NCBI RefSeq assembly: GCF_004010195.1
Contig: NC_057754.1
Coordinates: 217,012-281,011 of the forward strand
Length of the DNA: 64,000 bases
Reading direction: 5' to 3'
Source of the DNA: Chiloscyllium plagiosum
Taxonomy: Eukaryota
How positions within the stretch are numbered: the first letter of the stretch is position 1; each line of letters begins with the position of its first letter. The notes below the pieces were generated by a model. That model did no database searches. It was not told the DNA's origin and saw only the letters and a program-made list of their open reading frames with translations. Both the position numbers and the translations under genes were made by a program. Below, piece after piece: positions 24,132 to 36,055 of the stretch.

Positions 24132-24293
24132 TGCAGCATACATAACCAACGTATCTTTAAAATGGATCATCATTTTCCTTGGTTGAATAACTGCATGGGC
24201 CATTTTAATCACCAATACTTTTCCTTCTTATTTATGACATTGGGCTATGGGTACTGTAAAGTGAGCAGCAGGGAGCGGTTTGTGGATGCATAC
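24132..24293 (+). pseudogene. ZDHHC16-like palmitoyltransferase pseudogene fragment (DHHC domain; catalytic Cys to Phe)
   Basis: Translates to CSIHNQRIFKMDHHFPWLNNCMGHFNHQYFSFLFMTLGYGYCKVSSRERFVDAY. This is colinear, with small deletions, with recalled ZDHHC16 [45 protein letters not shown]...F.EAY. Confidence 0.8.
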
Positions 24294-24471
24294 TTACCAA
24301 AGTAAGCTGAGAGTATTCACATTAGTGTGCAGGAATGATGGGTCTCAAGAGAAATGTTCCCTTGTGTAAAATTTATTACGAGAGTGTTTAGCTGTGTTTG
24401 CGTCCCATCAGAGCATCCCACCATCATCTTCTCATCCAATCAGTAAATCCTGTTCCTTTTTCCTTCAATTA

Positions 24472-24692
24472 TGTTAAATAACTGCACAGAAGCCTGCATC
24501 CCGGTACAAAGTCACCCTTTATTTACACAGAGAGTCCTTGACAGTGATCCAGCTTCCTCAGAGCCTGCGCTCAGATTGAACAGAAAATCTGACACTCTTG
24601 TCAGCCAGGCTTCCTGATTGGACAGATTAACAGCCCCAACCAGAGAATTCATTTCTGAGGTCCACCTGGCTGACCTTATTACAATCACTACA
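24472..24692 (-). repeat. 3' LTR of the Gypsy element
   Basis: Shares ccctttatttaca, tgatccagct, tgtcagccagg and gaggtccacctggctgacct...ttacaatcac with 28331-28541, and abuts the PPT. Confidence 0.85.
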
Positions 24693-27133
24693 TCCCTCTC
24701 CCTTTGAACCCAAGGATATGGGCCAGTTCTTTTTTTTTTGGAGCTCTCCTGGAGTGTTTTACCACTGGGTCAGGTACCTCCAACTCTGCCTTTGATACGG
24801 GTGGTGTGTACCATGCAGTAGCTCGCCTCCTGCCCCTGAAATGACTCAGAAGAATTCCATTCTCTTCCCCAGGTGGCAAAGGTGCGAGGCAGCGACATCC
24901 ATCATGTCCACGTCAGATTCTGGGGTATCTTCAACACTTGACAGATATGGAAAACCCATGGGCTCTGGAACAGTCAGAAAGGCTATCAAGGAGCAAGGCA
25001 CATTTTGCTTCTCACCATTTGCAACTTTCATGTGGTCCACTTGCCTGTTCAGGACCATTGCACCTACCCAAACTTGTAACATCACTGGACCTGACCTTGT
25101 GTTGACCATGCCTCTTACCAAGGCAGGGCAATTCCCATGGTTCCTACACCAACCTCATACCCGGAAGTAAACTGCCTTTCTTGCTGAGCGGAGTTGTGTC
25201 CAGCATTGATATTCCTGATGCCGTTTCACCCTACCCCTCCACAGGTCCAGGAAGATCAGGTTTAACCTGGTGTGGAGTCTTCCCCCCATTAAAAACTCTG
25301 CTGGATGTATCCCTGTAGTTGCATGAGGGGTGGTCCTATATTCAAATCGGAACCTGGACAGTTTGGTATCAAGTGAAGCTGTAGGCGGTTTCTTTAAGCC
25401 GGCCTTCAAAGTCTGGACTGCTCTTGCTGCCAGATCACTGGATGAGGACTGGTTTGGAGCTTAACATATGTGTCAAATGCCATTTGACTTTATGTGCTGG
25501 TAAACAGTGAACCTTTATCTGTGATCAACACTTCAGATAGTCTGTGTATTGCAAAAGATCCGTGCAATTTTTTTCTCACCTCCCTAGTTGATGAATAAAC
25601 ACTATGCACGTCCAGCTACTTTGAGTGGGCATCCACAATGAATGTGAACACTGAGCCCATGAAAGTAATGCATAACCAACGCATAACCAAGTCCAGGTTT
25701 ACCCAGGCATGGGAGGTTTACCCAGGCATTGGGGGGGGGGGGGGGGGAAGAGAGAGAGAGGCAGGTTTAACCAGTGGTAACTCTTGTTCATGTTGGCATT
25801 CTGGGCACTGTGGCAACCTTTGCTTGAGACAATCACCTTTGCTCCCGATTACAACATGCCATCCTCCACTGTGATCTGGTCTCTCCAGGTCCAAAGAAAT
25901 TTCAATTCTGGTTGCGACGGCCCTTTGGTTTCTCCCATCACCACCAGCTGTTTCAGTTTTGCCAGGACTGAATCTTTCTGCATCCAAAGTCTGATACTGT
26001 CAGCTGTGACTGGAAGTGAGGGGACAACATTTAAAACTACTATGCACTCTTCCAGGGGCAGTATCACCAGTGGTATATCGATCAGCAGGAAGCAGCTCAA
26101 CGCATCTGCATTTGCTATTTGGTCTCCCAGACAACATCCCAACTTGAAACTGTAGACACTTAGAATTAGAGCCCATTGCTGAATTTGGCCTGAAACTATG
26201 GATGGCACTGCCTTGTCCTCTTGAAGTAGACCCGGCAAGAAATTGTGGTCTGTTATAAATTTACATTTGTACGGATACTAGGAGATCTTCCCAACTCCAA
26301 ATCCTCCTTCACCTTTCTCAGCGTATTTATGCTCTGCATTAGCCAAAGTCCTGAATGCATAAGCTACTGGATGTTCCTCTCCATTGGGCCACCTCTGAAC
26401 TAATACTACCCCAATGCCATAGGGGGAGGCATCGCATGTCATTACCAGATCTCCCTTGGGATCATAGTGTGCCAGCTCTATCGAGGATGATTGTTATTTC
26501 TTCACTTCCCTGAAATCTATGGCTTGGTTACATGTCACTAGACCTGACCTCGTGTTGTCCATGCCTCTTACCAGTTCCAATGCTGACTCTTTTTTAAAGA
26601 GTTGATGCAAAGGCGCCAGGATGGAGGCCAGGTTACATATGAGTTTTCCATAATAGGTCTTTCCTTTGACTGGAACTACGTTCTGGTACAGACATGAGCG
26701 CTGGACACCTTTGATCACTCTTTATCTTCCAACAAGTGTACACAGTCTTCTCAACTTTGTAGCCCAAGTAGGTCACTTGCAGTGCCTGGAGCACACATTA
26801 CTTCCCTGCTCAGGCTTACACCCACCCAGGAGAAACTAAGGACTATTTCCAAGTTTTTCAAGTGCTCCTTATTGCTCTTCCCTGTTATTAGGGCATTGTC
26901 TTTAATAAATGGTGACCCGGAGTAGATTTTGTAAAATGCTCTCAATCATCCACTGAAAAAAGGTACAGGCTGATGATATCCCAATTGGCAGTCTCATATG
27001 TTGGTACAAACCCTTATGGGTATTAATTGTAGCATATTTCTGGGAATCCTGATCTAACCACAATTGCAAATAAGTATGGCCAAGGTCTTGAACAAACATA
27101 AGAGTTTGAGTCCAGTGCAAATTTTGTGAAGGA

Positions 27134-27309
27134 GGAGAAAGTGAGGACTGCAGATGCTGGAGATCAGAGCTGAAAAATGTGTTGCTGGAAAAGTGCAGCA
27201 GGTCAGGTAGCATCCAAGGAGCAGGAGAATCGACATATGCCCGAAACGTCAATTCTCCTGCTCCTTGGATGCTGCCTGACCTGCTGCGCTTTTCCAGCAA
27301 CACATTTTT
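27134..27309. mobile_element. Fold-back Penelope-derived insert inside the Gypsy element, with a 16-bp TSD
   Basis: TSD caaattttgtgaagga at 27118-27133 and 27310-27325. Inverted arms at 27172-27234 and 27248-27310. Confidence 0.85.
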
Positions 27310-28330
27310 CAAATTTTGTGAAGGACTTGTTCTGTGATCACTGAAATGGTCAAACCAGTAGCAAGCTTCATTAGAATCGGGTGACCATTTAACCAGGCAG
27401 TTATTTTGATTGGTTTGGATTTGGATGTTACTAAGCATTTTAACTGTTCCAAACCTATGGACTTTCCAACGAGTGCACTCACCTGGACACCAGCCTATGA
27501 GTTCTCTTACTCAATTTGGGTCGAGTGGGACTTTTGCTGTCTCAAATCTGGACACTGGCAAGCAACCACAATGGCTTGCTAGCCCATATCCTGAAAAAAA
27601 GGTTAAGTGTTTGGCCAAGGCTTGGCTTTGTTTTGGGGTTTTGCTGTGGATTGATCTAGAGTGCCTCTGTACAGGATATTCCCTGAGTGAGGTTATGCAA
27701 TTACCTTCCCTCAAGTGGTGTTCCCTAAGTTCAGTTGGACTGGTGAGGGTGCACACTTCTATCAGAAAAACCTGTAACTCATTTGTTCCACTTGCTGCAT
27801 TTTCCAATGATAAAGCCAATTGGAGTGCCTGTTTGAAGTCCAGTTGGGCTGCATCTAGAAGGCATTTTTGCAAGGTTACATCATTAATCCTACATATTAA
27901 AAAGTGTCTCAGCATCTCATTAAGAGTTAAACTAAAGTCACATGCCTCTGGCAGTTGTCAAAAATCCCAACACAAATTCCCCCGGTTGCTGAACCAATAG
28001 CATCTCAGAATTAGACAAGGCTGGGATTGCAATATTCCTTAACTAAATCCGTCAACTCTTGAAAGGTTTTAGTCCTGTTGCCTCAGAAAGTTAGATTCCT
28101 GATAACTGAAAAAGCTGTAGGTTCACAAGCTGTCAGGAAAATTACTGATTGCTTTTCATTTGCATGGAAAAATAATGCATTGTTTCCACATACTGGACCC
28201 AGTCTTTGACGGCAGGATCAAACGAGTCAAGTTTCCCAAATAACGGCACGATGCCAGAAATGCTTACTCCAACTTAAAGACAACTGTTGAGAGCTAATTT
28301 CTTCAGGAGTATGCTTTTCTCTCATCGCAC

Positions 28331-28541
28331 TGAAGTAACTCCATTGAGGCCAGTGTCCCGCTACCAAGCTACCCTTTATTTACATGCATAGTACTTGACA
28401 CTGATCCAGCTCTCAGAGTGAACAGAACCTATGACACTTTTTTTTATCTGTCAGCCAGGGTTCCCTGACTGGTGCTGTTAATCTGGTACAAACAGGAAAC
28501 TCATTGAGGTCCACCTGGCTGACCTCATTACAATCACGACA
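28331..28541 (-). repeat. 5' LTR of the Gypsy element
   Basis: Diverged direct repeat of 24472-24692, followed on the minus strand by a PBS-like motif and the gag start. Confidence 0.85.
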
Positions 28542-28596
28542 GTATGCATCTCAAGTCCTTAAATACATTTGCACTATTCACCTCAATACCTCCCTC

Positions 28597-28895
28597 ATAG
28601 AATCCCTACAGTGTGGAAATTTGGCCCATCGATTCCACACCGACCCACTATTGAGCATCCCAACCAGACTTATCCTCCTACCCTATCCCTTTAACCTTGC
28701 ATTTCCCATGACTAACCCACTTAGCCCGCACCTCCCTGGACACTATAAGCAACTTAGCATGGCTTTGGGAGGAAACCCATACAGACACAGGGAGAATTAG
28801 CAAACTTCACGCAGACAATCGCCCAAGGCTGGAATCAAATCTGGGTTCCCAGGGCTGAGGGGCAGTAGCACTAACCACTGAGCCACTGTGCCACC
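28597..28895 (-). mobile_element. HE1-like V-SINE with an internal deletion
   Basis: GGTGGCACAGTGGCTCAGTGGTTAGTG head and a cacactgtagggattctatg tail. Confidence 0.8.
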
Positions 28896-28954
28896 TCTAT
28901 AGTAGCGATTTCCACATTCTCCCCATTCTGTGTGAAGAATTTCCTCCTGAATTC

Positions 28955-29387
28955 CAGAACGAAGGACCCGATACCCAACATGAGCAAGACGAATGTAGTG
29001 TACAAAATACCATGCAAGGACTGCACTAAACACTATATAGGACAAACAGGAAGACAGCTAACAATCCGCATACATGAACATCAACTAGCCACGAAACGAC
29101 ACGACCAGCTATCGTTAGTAGCCACACACGCAGACAACAAGCAACATGAATTCGACTGGGACAACACTACTATCATAGGGCAAGCCAGACAGAGAACAGC
29201 CAGGGAATTCCTAGAGGCATGGCATTCATCCACAAACTCCATCAACAAACACATCGACCTGGACCCAATATACCAACCACTACAGCGGACAGCTGAAACT
29301 GACAACCGGAAGCGGCAGGGACAGACCACTATAAACACCGGAGGAAACATCAAAGAAGCGCTTCGCAGGAGGCTCCAAAGCACTAAG
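28955..29387 (+). mobile_element. Penelope-like element, GIY-YIG endonuclease / 3' fragment
   Basis: Open frame NVVYKIPCKDCTKHYIGQTGRQLTIRIHEH...HEFDWDNTTII...REFLEAWHS...SINKH shows the typical PLE GIY-YIG motifs. Confidence 0.9.
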
Positions 29388-31114
29388 TGACACTGTTATC
29401 TTACTTCTCCAAAAATGGAAATTCAAAAACATCTGTGGTTAAACTGGGGCCTGTTTCTAAACCCATCATTTTGATCAAACTGTATTTACAAACTTAGTGC
29501 AATCATCTCCCTGCTGATCAGTTGATGGCTATGTCCCAGAATCTCAGAATGAGGGGTAATGTTTATCAAGTAGAAGTGGTGTGTGTAAAAAAGAGCTGCG
29601 AGAGCAAGTGGTTGAGGCAGGTAAAATTACAACATTTAAATGGCATCTGGATGGGTATATGAATAGGAAGGGTTTAGAGGGACATGGGCCAAATGCTGGC
29701 AATGGGACTAGGTCAGATTGGGATGTCTGGCTGGCATGGAAAAGTTGGACTGAAAGGTCTGTTCCGGTGCCGTTTGACTCTATGACTCCATGAGCACGTA
29801 AGGGAGATTTTAGAAAGGGATTAGAGCTTTAATTAGTAGGGTTATATACCAACAGTTCAGAATTGTTTACCTAGAGCTTATTTACTTGTAATAAACAGTA
29901 TTCTTTGTTAAGTACAGAAAGCTGGTGCATAGGTTCTGTCCATCTGGCTCTAGAACACAGGTAATCTGGGGAAATCTTTGTGTACTTATTAAAATCTGTT
30001 GTCACAACTCCAGCATCAGTGGGGTTTGACTTTCAGCGTGCCATCCCAGTAAGTCATGACACTTAAACAAGGAGACCATAACAGCATGCTATATTCGAGG
30101 GGCAGTCACACCAGTGCCCTGTATAAATAAAGTATAACCTCCTTACTTTCACGTTCAATCCCTGGTACCAGCACTCTGTCTGTGAGCAGGTACCATCATG
30201 GAGGATTGCTGATAAGATTTGTCAAGGAGTTACAGTAGCAACATAAATTAACTTAAAAACTGATGAAGTGAAAGGGGAATATCAAAGATTTTCCATTAAA
30301 AGGAGTTTCAGTAGGATTTTCCAGCTTGCCCAGGAGCAGTGGAGGGTGCAAAGTACATGATACTGTTTTTAAAAGGTGAAAATCTCAAACAAAGGAATAC
30401 TGCAAAGGGATACATAGAGGATCACAATACCGGTGTTTTTGAAAACTGATTATAATATTAGTTTCTCCCAAGGACCTTCTTGATTCCATCAACCACCCAA
30501 TCAGATCTCCCCAACCCCTTTGCTTCACTGAGAAAAGGCTGCACTCCTCACAACTGTTTCTTTCTATCTTGCAAAATTAAGCAGTTCCTACACCCTTCCA
30601 AAACTTCACAAAAATGCAACATAACATTTTATAACACACTGGGTCTAACAATAAGCCAGGAGTTCCAGACTCCCAAGTCCGGTTCCAGGGCTTGACTGCT
30701 GAGAAATAACTCAACCTAACTGTCAACCTGAAAATACTTCCAACACGGGTCCGAGGTGGAGAGCACAAGCGATTGCTGGCAAGCCATGCTCTGAACTGGC
30801 AAGCCTCTGATGTGAGGCTATCAGGCTACTCCAGGAAAAACAAGCTGTAGAAGACAGATCAAAGCATGTCTATCTCATGATTCTCTCGACTCAAAATCTT
30901 CAAAGTCTAGCAGTGCAACAGAGGCAAATCACAACACCTCTAATTTGCACCTTTCTGATTTGAACTGAAGATGGAAATGGAGTCTTTCAAATTTTTAAAG
31001 CAGGATACATAGCTTCTTCAACAAAAGCACACTGCTGGAGAAAGTCAGCCGGTCTAATGTTTCCAGTCCAGCGACCCACTTCTGAACTAACTCAGATCAC
31101 CAGCGTTCACAGTT

Positions 31115-31730
31115 ATAGAGTCAGAATCATGCAGCACAGAAACTGACCCTCCTGTCCAACTGGTCCATGCCGACCAGACATCCTAATCTGACCTAGTTCC
31201 ATTTGCCAGCAATTGGTCCATATCCCTCTAAACCCTTCCCATTCATATACCCATCCAAATACCTTTTAAATGTTGTAATTGTACCAGCCTCTACCACTAC
31301 CTCTGGCAGCTCATTCCATAAACGCACCACCCTCTGCTTGAAAAGGTTATCCCTCAGGTCTCTCTTAAATCGTTCCATTCTCACCTCAAATCTATGCCCT
31401 CTAGTTTTGGACTCCCCGACCCTAGGAAAAAGATCTTGGCTATTCACCCTATCAATGCCCCTCATGGTTTTAGAAACCTCTACAATGTCACCTCTCAGCC
31501 TCAGACACACCAGGGAAGAAAGCCCCAGCCTATTTAGGCTCTCCTTATAGCTCAAACCCTCCAACCCCAGCAACATCTTTGTCAATCTTTCTACACCCTC
31601 TCAGGTTTAACAAGCTCCTTGCTATAGCAGGGCGACCAGAATTAAAAGTCGCCTAACCAATGTCTCATACAGCCGCAACATGATGTCCCAATTCCTACAT
31701 TCAATGTTCTGACCAATGATGGCAGGTGTG
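31115..31730 (-). mobile_element. CR1 LINE 3' fragment
   Basis: LRGD...SKTRGHRF...RVVRLWNELP...FKRYLD. Confidence 0.85.
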
Positions 31731-33589
31731 TCAAGTCTTTGTTTTACTTTAGTAGATAAAGCAAAGGGGTCGAAGGTTATCTGAGGTAGCCAGGGACATG
31801 GAGACAAGGTTATAATCGGTTCACCCAACATTTCCTTGAATGGCGAAGCAGGCTTGAGGGGCTAAATGGCCTATACCTGCTCCTAATTCATAAGTTCATA
31901 CATAGTTTCACAAGTAGTACACTTGCTGCAAACATCCTGGTTATTAGTTAGTACTTTGTTTTGCCTCTATGTAATCTTATAAAGAAATCAAGACTAGTTG
32001 CTTTAGCCTCAACTACATATCAAGACAATGAGGAACTTGCTGCCTCAGGAATGGATAAGAATCTTCATAAGGGAATCCAGAAGGATCTGGTGGAAAGGGG
32101 CAAATCCTGTGCACCATACAGATATGGCGAAAATGATTACAATGAGAGAGATGTGAATCTGGACATGGAAGTCTAGGTTGTTTTGCACTGAATGAGAATA
32201 AAGTCCTTTGGGAGTTAGCCCAAATTGCAGCTCAGTGTAAACAATTTCAAGGAGAAAGATAGAGGTGAGCACAAGAAATAATGATTTATAGTCGATTCTG
32301 AAATTTAGGTTTCAGTGAATAAGACAGGAAGTTTAAGTTTCTCTCAGTTCTGTATCACCTTATAACCTTCACAATGAAAACCATACCAACATGCTGTGAT
32401 GTAAAATGGAAATGCAAAGTTTGAACAGAACTGTATGAGTATTAAAAAAATCATTGCCCCATGGCTAATGAATCCACACTGGATACAGAGTGATTGACAA
32501 CAAACTCTTTTTCTAATACTGAATTGCCAATCAGATGTCATTAGACCCAAGGACTGATTCACCTGGGAAGCAAGTTACCAAAATATGAGCCCTACCCTAA
32601 GTTCCACCGTCCACCCAATGCCCAAACAGTATTGTGATGCACTGTCTTAACATCTCTGGCAGGGCTTTCTTTTGTCTGCCTTCCACAACGAGGCAAAGCA
32701 TTGCAACTCTCCTACCTCGCCCTCGCTGTAGTCAATGTTCCCAATTAGGAAATGATTAATAGTCCCATTATCCATACAGCTGCAATTTTCCAGACTGTTG
32801 AGGGCAGGTCTGCCTAATGAGGACCCAATTTTAATCAAATCTACAAGCCCACAGGTTACATTCTCAAATTCTCACAATTAATGGCTCCTTCATTAAAACC
32901 CAGCGTGCACCAACACTAAGCGCAAAGCATTTCTCTCTCAAAAGAATCCTCTTGCCTGTCAAGACTCCGAACATTCACAAAGCAGCTCGAGCCTGGCCAC
33001 CAAACACACCGGAGTCAAAGGAGCCTGCTCTGCCTCTCACAGGAAGCACTGAAGCAGCAGTGAGTGCCCCTATTGCAACATCTATGGAACATAAGCTCAC
33101 AACAAACTGAAAGTCATCTCTTATCGGGTCAATGAAATCAGGACATGACACAATCCTGACGTATTTATAAACCTGTCTTCATTCTTCCCAAACTGTAGAC
33201 AGAAATCAGAAAACCGCTGAGCAGCTGATGCTGACAGTGGGGAATTTAGCAGTGGTAGTGCCACTGAACAGTATGAGGTGACAGTTAGTTTCTTTGTTTC
33301 TTGTGGCACCATAACCATCTTCAACAAATACTAAGCAACAGTCATCACTAACAAGAGAAAATCTAGCCAAAAACGTTTGACATACAAAGGCAATGCCAAC
33401 ACCAAATGTCCTACTATCAACATCCCACGGGTTACTATTGACCAGAAACTAAACTGGACCAGTCATATAAATACTGTGGCTGCAACAACAGGAAACAAGC
33501 TGAGAATTCTACAGCGATTAACCACCTTCCCATTGCCCAGAGCCTGTCTAATATTTACAAGATACAAGTTAGGAATGTGATGAAATACT

Positions 33590-33661
33590 AACAAAGTGGC
33601 ACAGTGGGAGGATGCTGGGCCCATAACCCAGAGGTCAATGGATCAGAACAATCCTCTGTGA
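33590..33661 (+). pseudogene. Initiator tRNA-Met (CAT) pseudogene, full length (72 nt), decayed
   Basis: AACAAAGTGGCACAGTGGGAGGATGCTGGGCCCATAACCCAGAGGTCAATGGATCAGAACAATCCTCTGTGA aligns ungapped to the vertebrate tRNAiMet sequence (59/72 by hand). The anticodon arm is intact; the T arm and acceptor stem are damaged. Confidence 0.85.
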
Positions 33662-35641
33662 CTCTAAGCTTGCAACTCCACAACACCAAAGAAGCCTCAC
33701 CATCCAGGACAAAGCAACCCATTGATTGACACCTATCCATCAAAATCCTGGAAATCCCTCCCTAACAACATTGTGTATATACCTACACCGCTTGGACTGC
33801 AGTAGTACAATGAGCCAATTCACCTTCACCTTCTCAAGGGCAAATAGGAATGGATAATAAACACTGGCCCAGACAACACTGGTCATGTTCCATGAAGCAA
33901 ACTGTCAAATTAAAACCTGCTTTAAATTTTTAACAAGTAAAAGAAAACGATGAGGCCTGAGCTACCAGGTTAACAGTGAGAGAATAGATAACTCTCCCTG
34001 CTCATCTTCAGAGAACACTATTGCTTTTGCTATATTAATTTCATCGAGTTTAATCTCAGCTGCAGAAGTGTTTGGGATACAAATCACATTTGCTCAGTAT
34101 AGGTGATCACTAACACTGAAACAGCGGTCCTATCCAGTCTTTGACATGAACCATGTTGTAGAGATAAAATAAAATATTCCATATTGCATGATGAAAAATC
34201 AAATGAACAATTTTCACACAGAGAAGCTGAAAACAGCAATTATAGTAATTTAGAGAAAATGGAGATCAAATACTGTAAGGAGATTATAAATGCATTATAT
34301 TAGTAAGCAGGAGCACTGAAGAAAGCCCCTTGGTTCTAACCAACCACCAGTATATGCTCATTCATACACTCCCCCAGACTGGGGCTCACACTATCAAAAC
34401 ACCCTGAAGTGATCCTGAGATACAGGCAAACAGCCCCCAACCCTCTCACAAGTGAGGAGGACTGAACATACAGGATCCTCCTACAAACAGACCCAGCAGG
34501 ACTCCCGCATCACAGGGATTGTACTTGAAAACTTCAATGATTTTATACTTTTCCACCTTCATGTACTCTGACTAATCTGTGGGAACAATCTTTCATCAAC
34601 TAATTGGTTAGTCTACCATTCAGGCTTCCTACAGGGATGTGATTTGACCATAATAAGATGGAATTCTTTCAGAAGTTATTTCGGGACCTAGGGTATGAGT
34701 AACCTGAGTTAGGATGTGTGGTGAGTATATAGGAGTTCATGAAACTCACCTTGCCTCTAGTCTATTTGAGACTTCCAGATAAAAGATGGATTGTAGAGAT
34801 TACTCAACAGCACTTTTGTAATATCACATTACTCCTTTTCGTCTTGCACTATTGTCCCTATGCACTTTGAGAACATTCCTTAAGACAGGCATGTTCAGTT
34901 TCTCCTTTACTCAGTCTCACAGGGCGTGTACACTAAACTAGGTGTGACTAGATATTATGGAAATGTCATGGTCACTAGTGTACTTCTGAACTGTAAACCA
35001 CAGCATTGAGACAGAGCATAAAAACAGGGGTCTGGAAACATATCCTGTTAGGAGAGAGCTTTATCCCAAAGTAGCCAGAAAATCATGACCTCATTTTGTT
35101 CGATGTTGTATGGTTTTGGGAACCACACACTGCTTGGGGCAATGATCAGCAAACAAGCCTCTCCATGATGCACACAACTTGGAAGCATATCCAGACCTTG
35201 GATCAAGCTTCAATGTTGGGTCAGCCAAATATCGTTGAGCTAAGATGGGCAGAATGGTCGCCCACATCAGTGCCCACCTTGATCTCATTCTGTTGTTTCA
35301 TCTCCGCCTACCCATCAAAGGCACCACTCCGACATGTAGAATACTGAGCAACTGGCAGCACTCATACTGAAGTCACAGAGCTGTCCATTCAAATACTATT
35401 CCAGAGTTTGGAGTACAATTTTCCAGGCTTGGTTAGAGAGCTGAAGGGAAATCATATTTTCCTAAGTGCTGCCATTCACACTGGACAGTAAACTAATTTG
35501 CTGAGTGCCCTTTTAGGTAGATGGAGAAGATCCCATGTGGGGGATGAGCAGCAGGGGTTCGGCCCACTGTTGTCAGATGAAAACCTAACCCTTAACAGAT
35601 ACCTGAATGAGGACAATCTGGTGAACATTGCTATTTGTGGC

Positions 35642-36055
35642 ATTTGATTTGATTTATTATTGTCACTTGTACGGAGATGTAGTGAAAAATATTGCTTTGT
35701 ATGCAAACCAGACAAATCATACCTTATATAAGTACATCAGGTTAACAGAACAAAATGCAGAATGCAGTGTTCAGCTACATGTAGAGAGAAGTTACAGAGA
35801 AAGATCAACTCTAATATATGAGGGGTCCGTTCAGAAGTCTGATAACAGTGGGGGAGAAGCTGTTCTTGAATCTGTCAGTATATATTTTAAAATTTTTGTA
35901 TCTTCTGTCTGATGGAAGAGAGCGGGAGAGAGTATAACCGGGGTGGGAGAGGCCTTTCATTATGTTGGCTGCTTTCCCAAGGCCACGGGAAGTATAGACA
36001 AAGTCGATGGAAGGAAGGCTGGTTTTGGCAATGGACTGGGCTGCATTCAGAACTC
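35642..36055 (-). mobile_element. Rex1/Babar-type 3' fragment
   Basis: QRVLNAAQSI...LPS...HPG...LPSDRRY...RFKNSFSP; tail gacaataataaatcaaatcaaa on the minus strand. Confidence 0.8.

Larger units (their letters stand above)
24472..28541 (-). mobile_element. Decayed Ty3/Gypsy LTR retrotransposon with both LTRs and gag, RT, RNaseH and integrase remnants
   Basis: Related TG...CA LTRs at 24472-24692 and 28331-28541. PPT AAAGGGAGAGGGA at 24693-24705 (minus). Degenerate PBS GTGCGATGAG near 28321-28330. Remnants: gag PLFGKLDSFDPAVKDWVQYVE, RT TINTHKGLYQHMRLPIGISSA, RNaseH TCDASPYGIG...PVAYAFRTL, integrase YRTTPHATTGIHPAEFLMG. Many stops and frameshifts. Confidence 0.88.
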
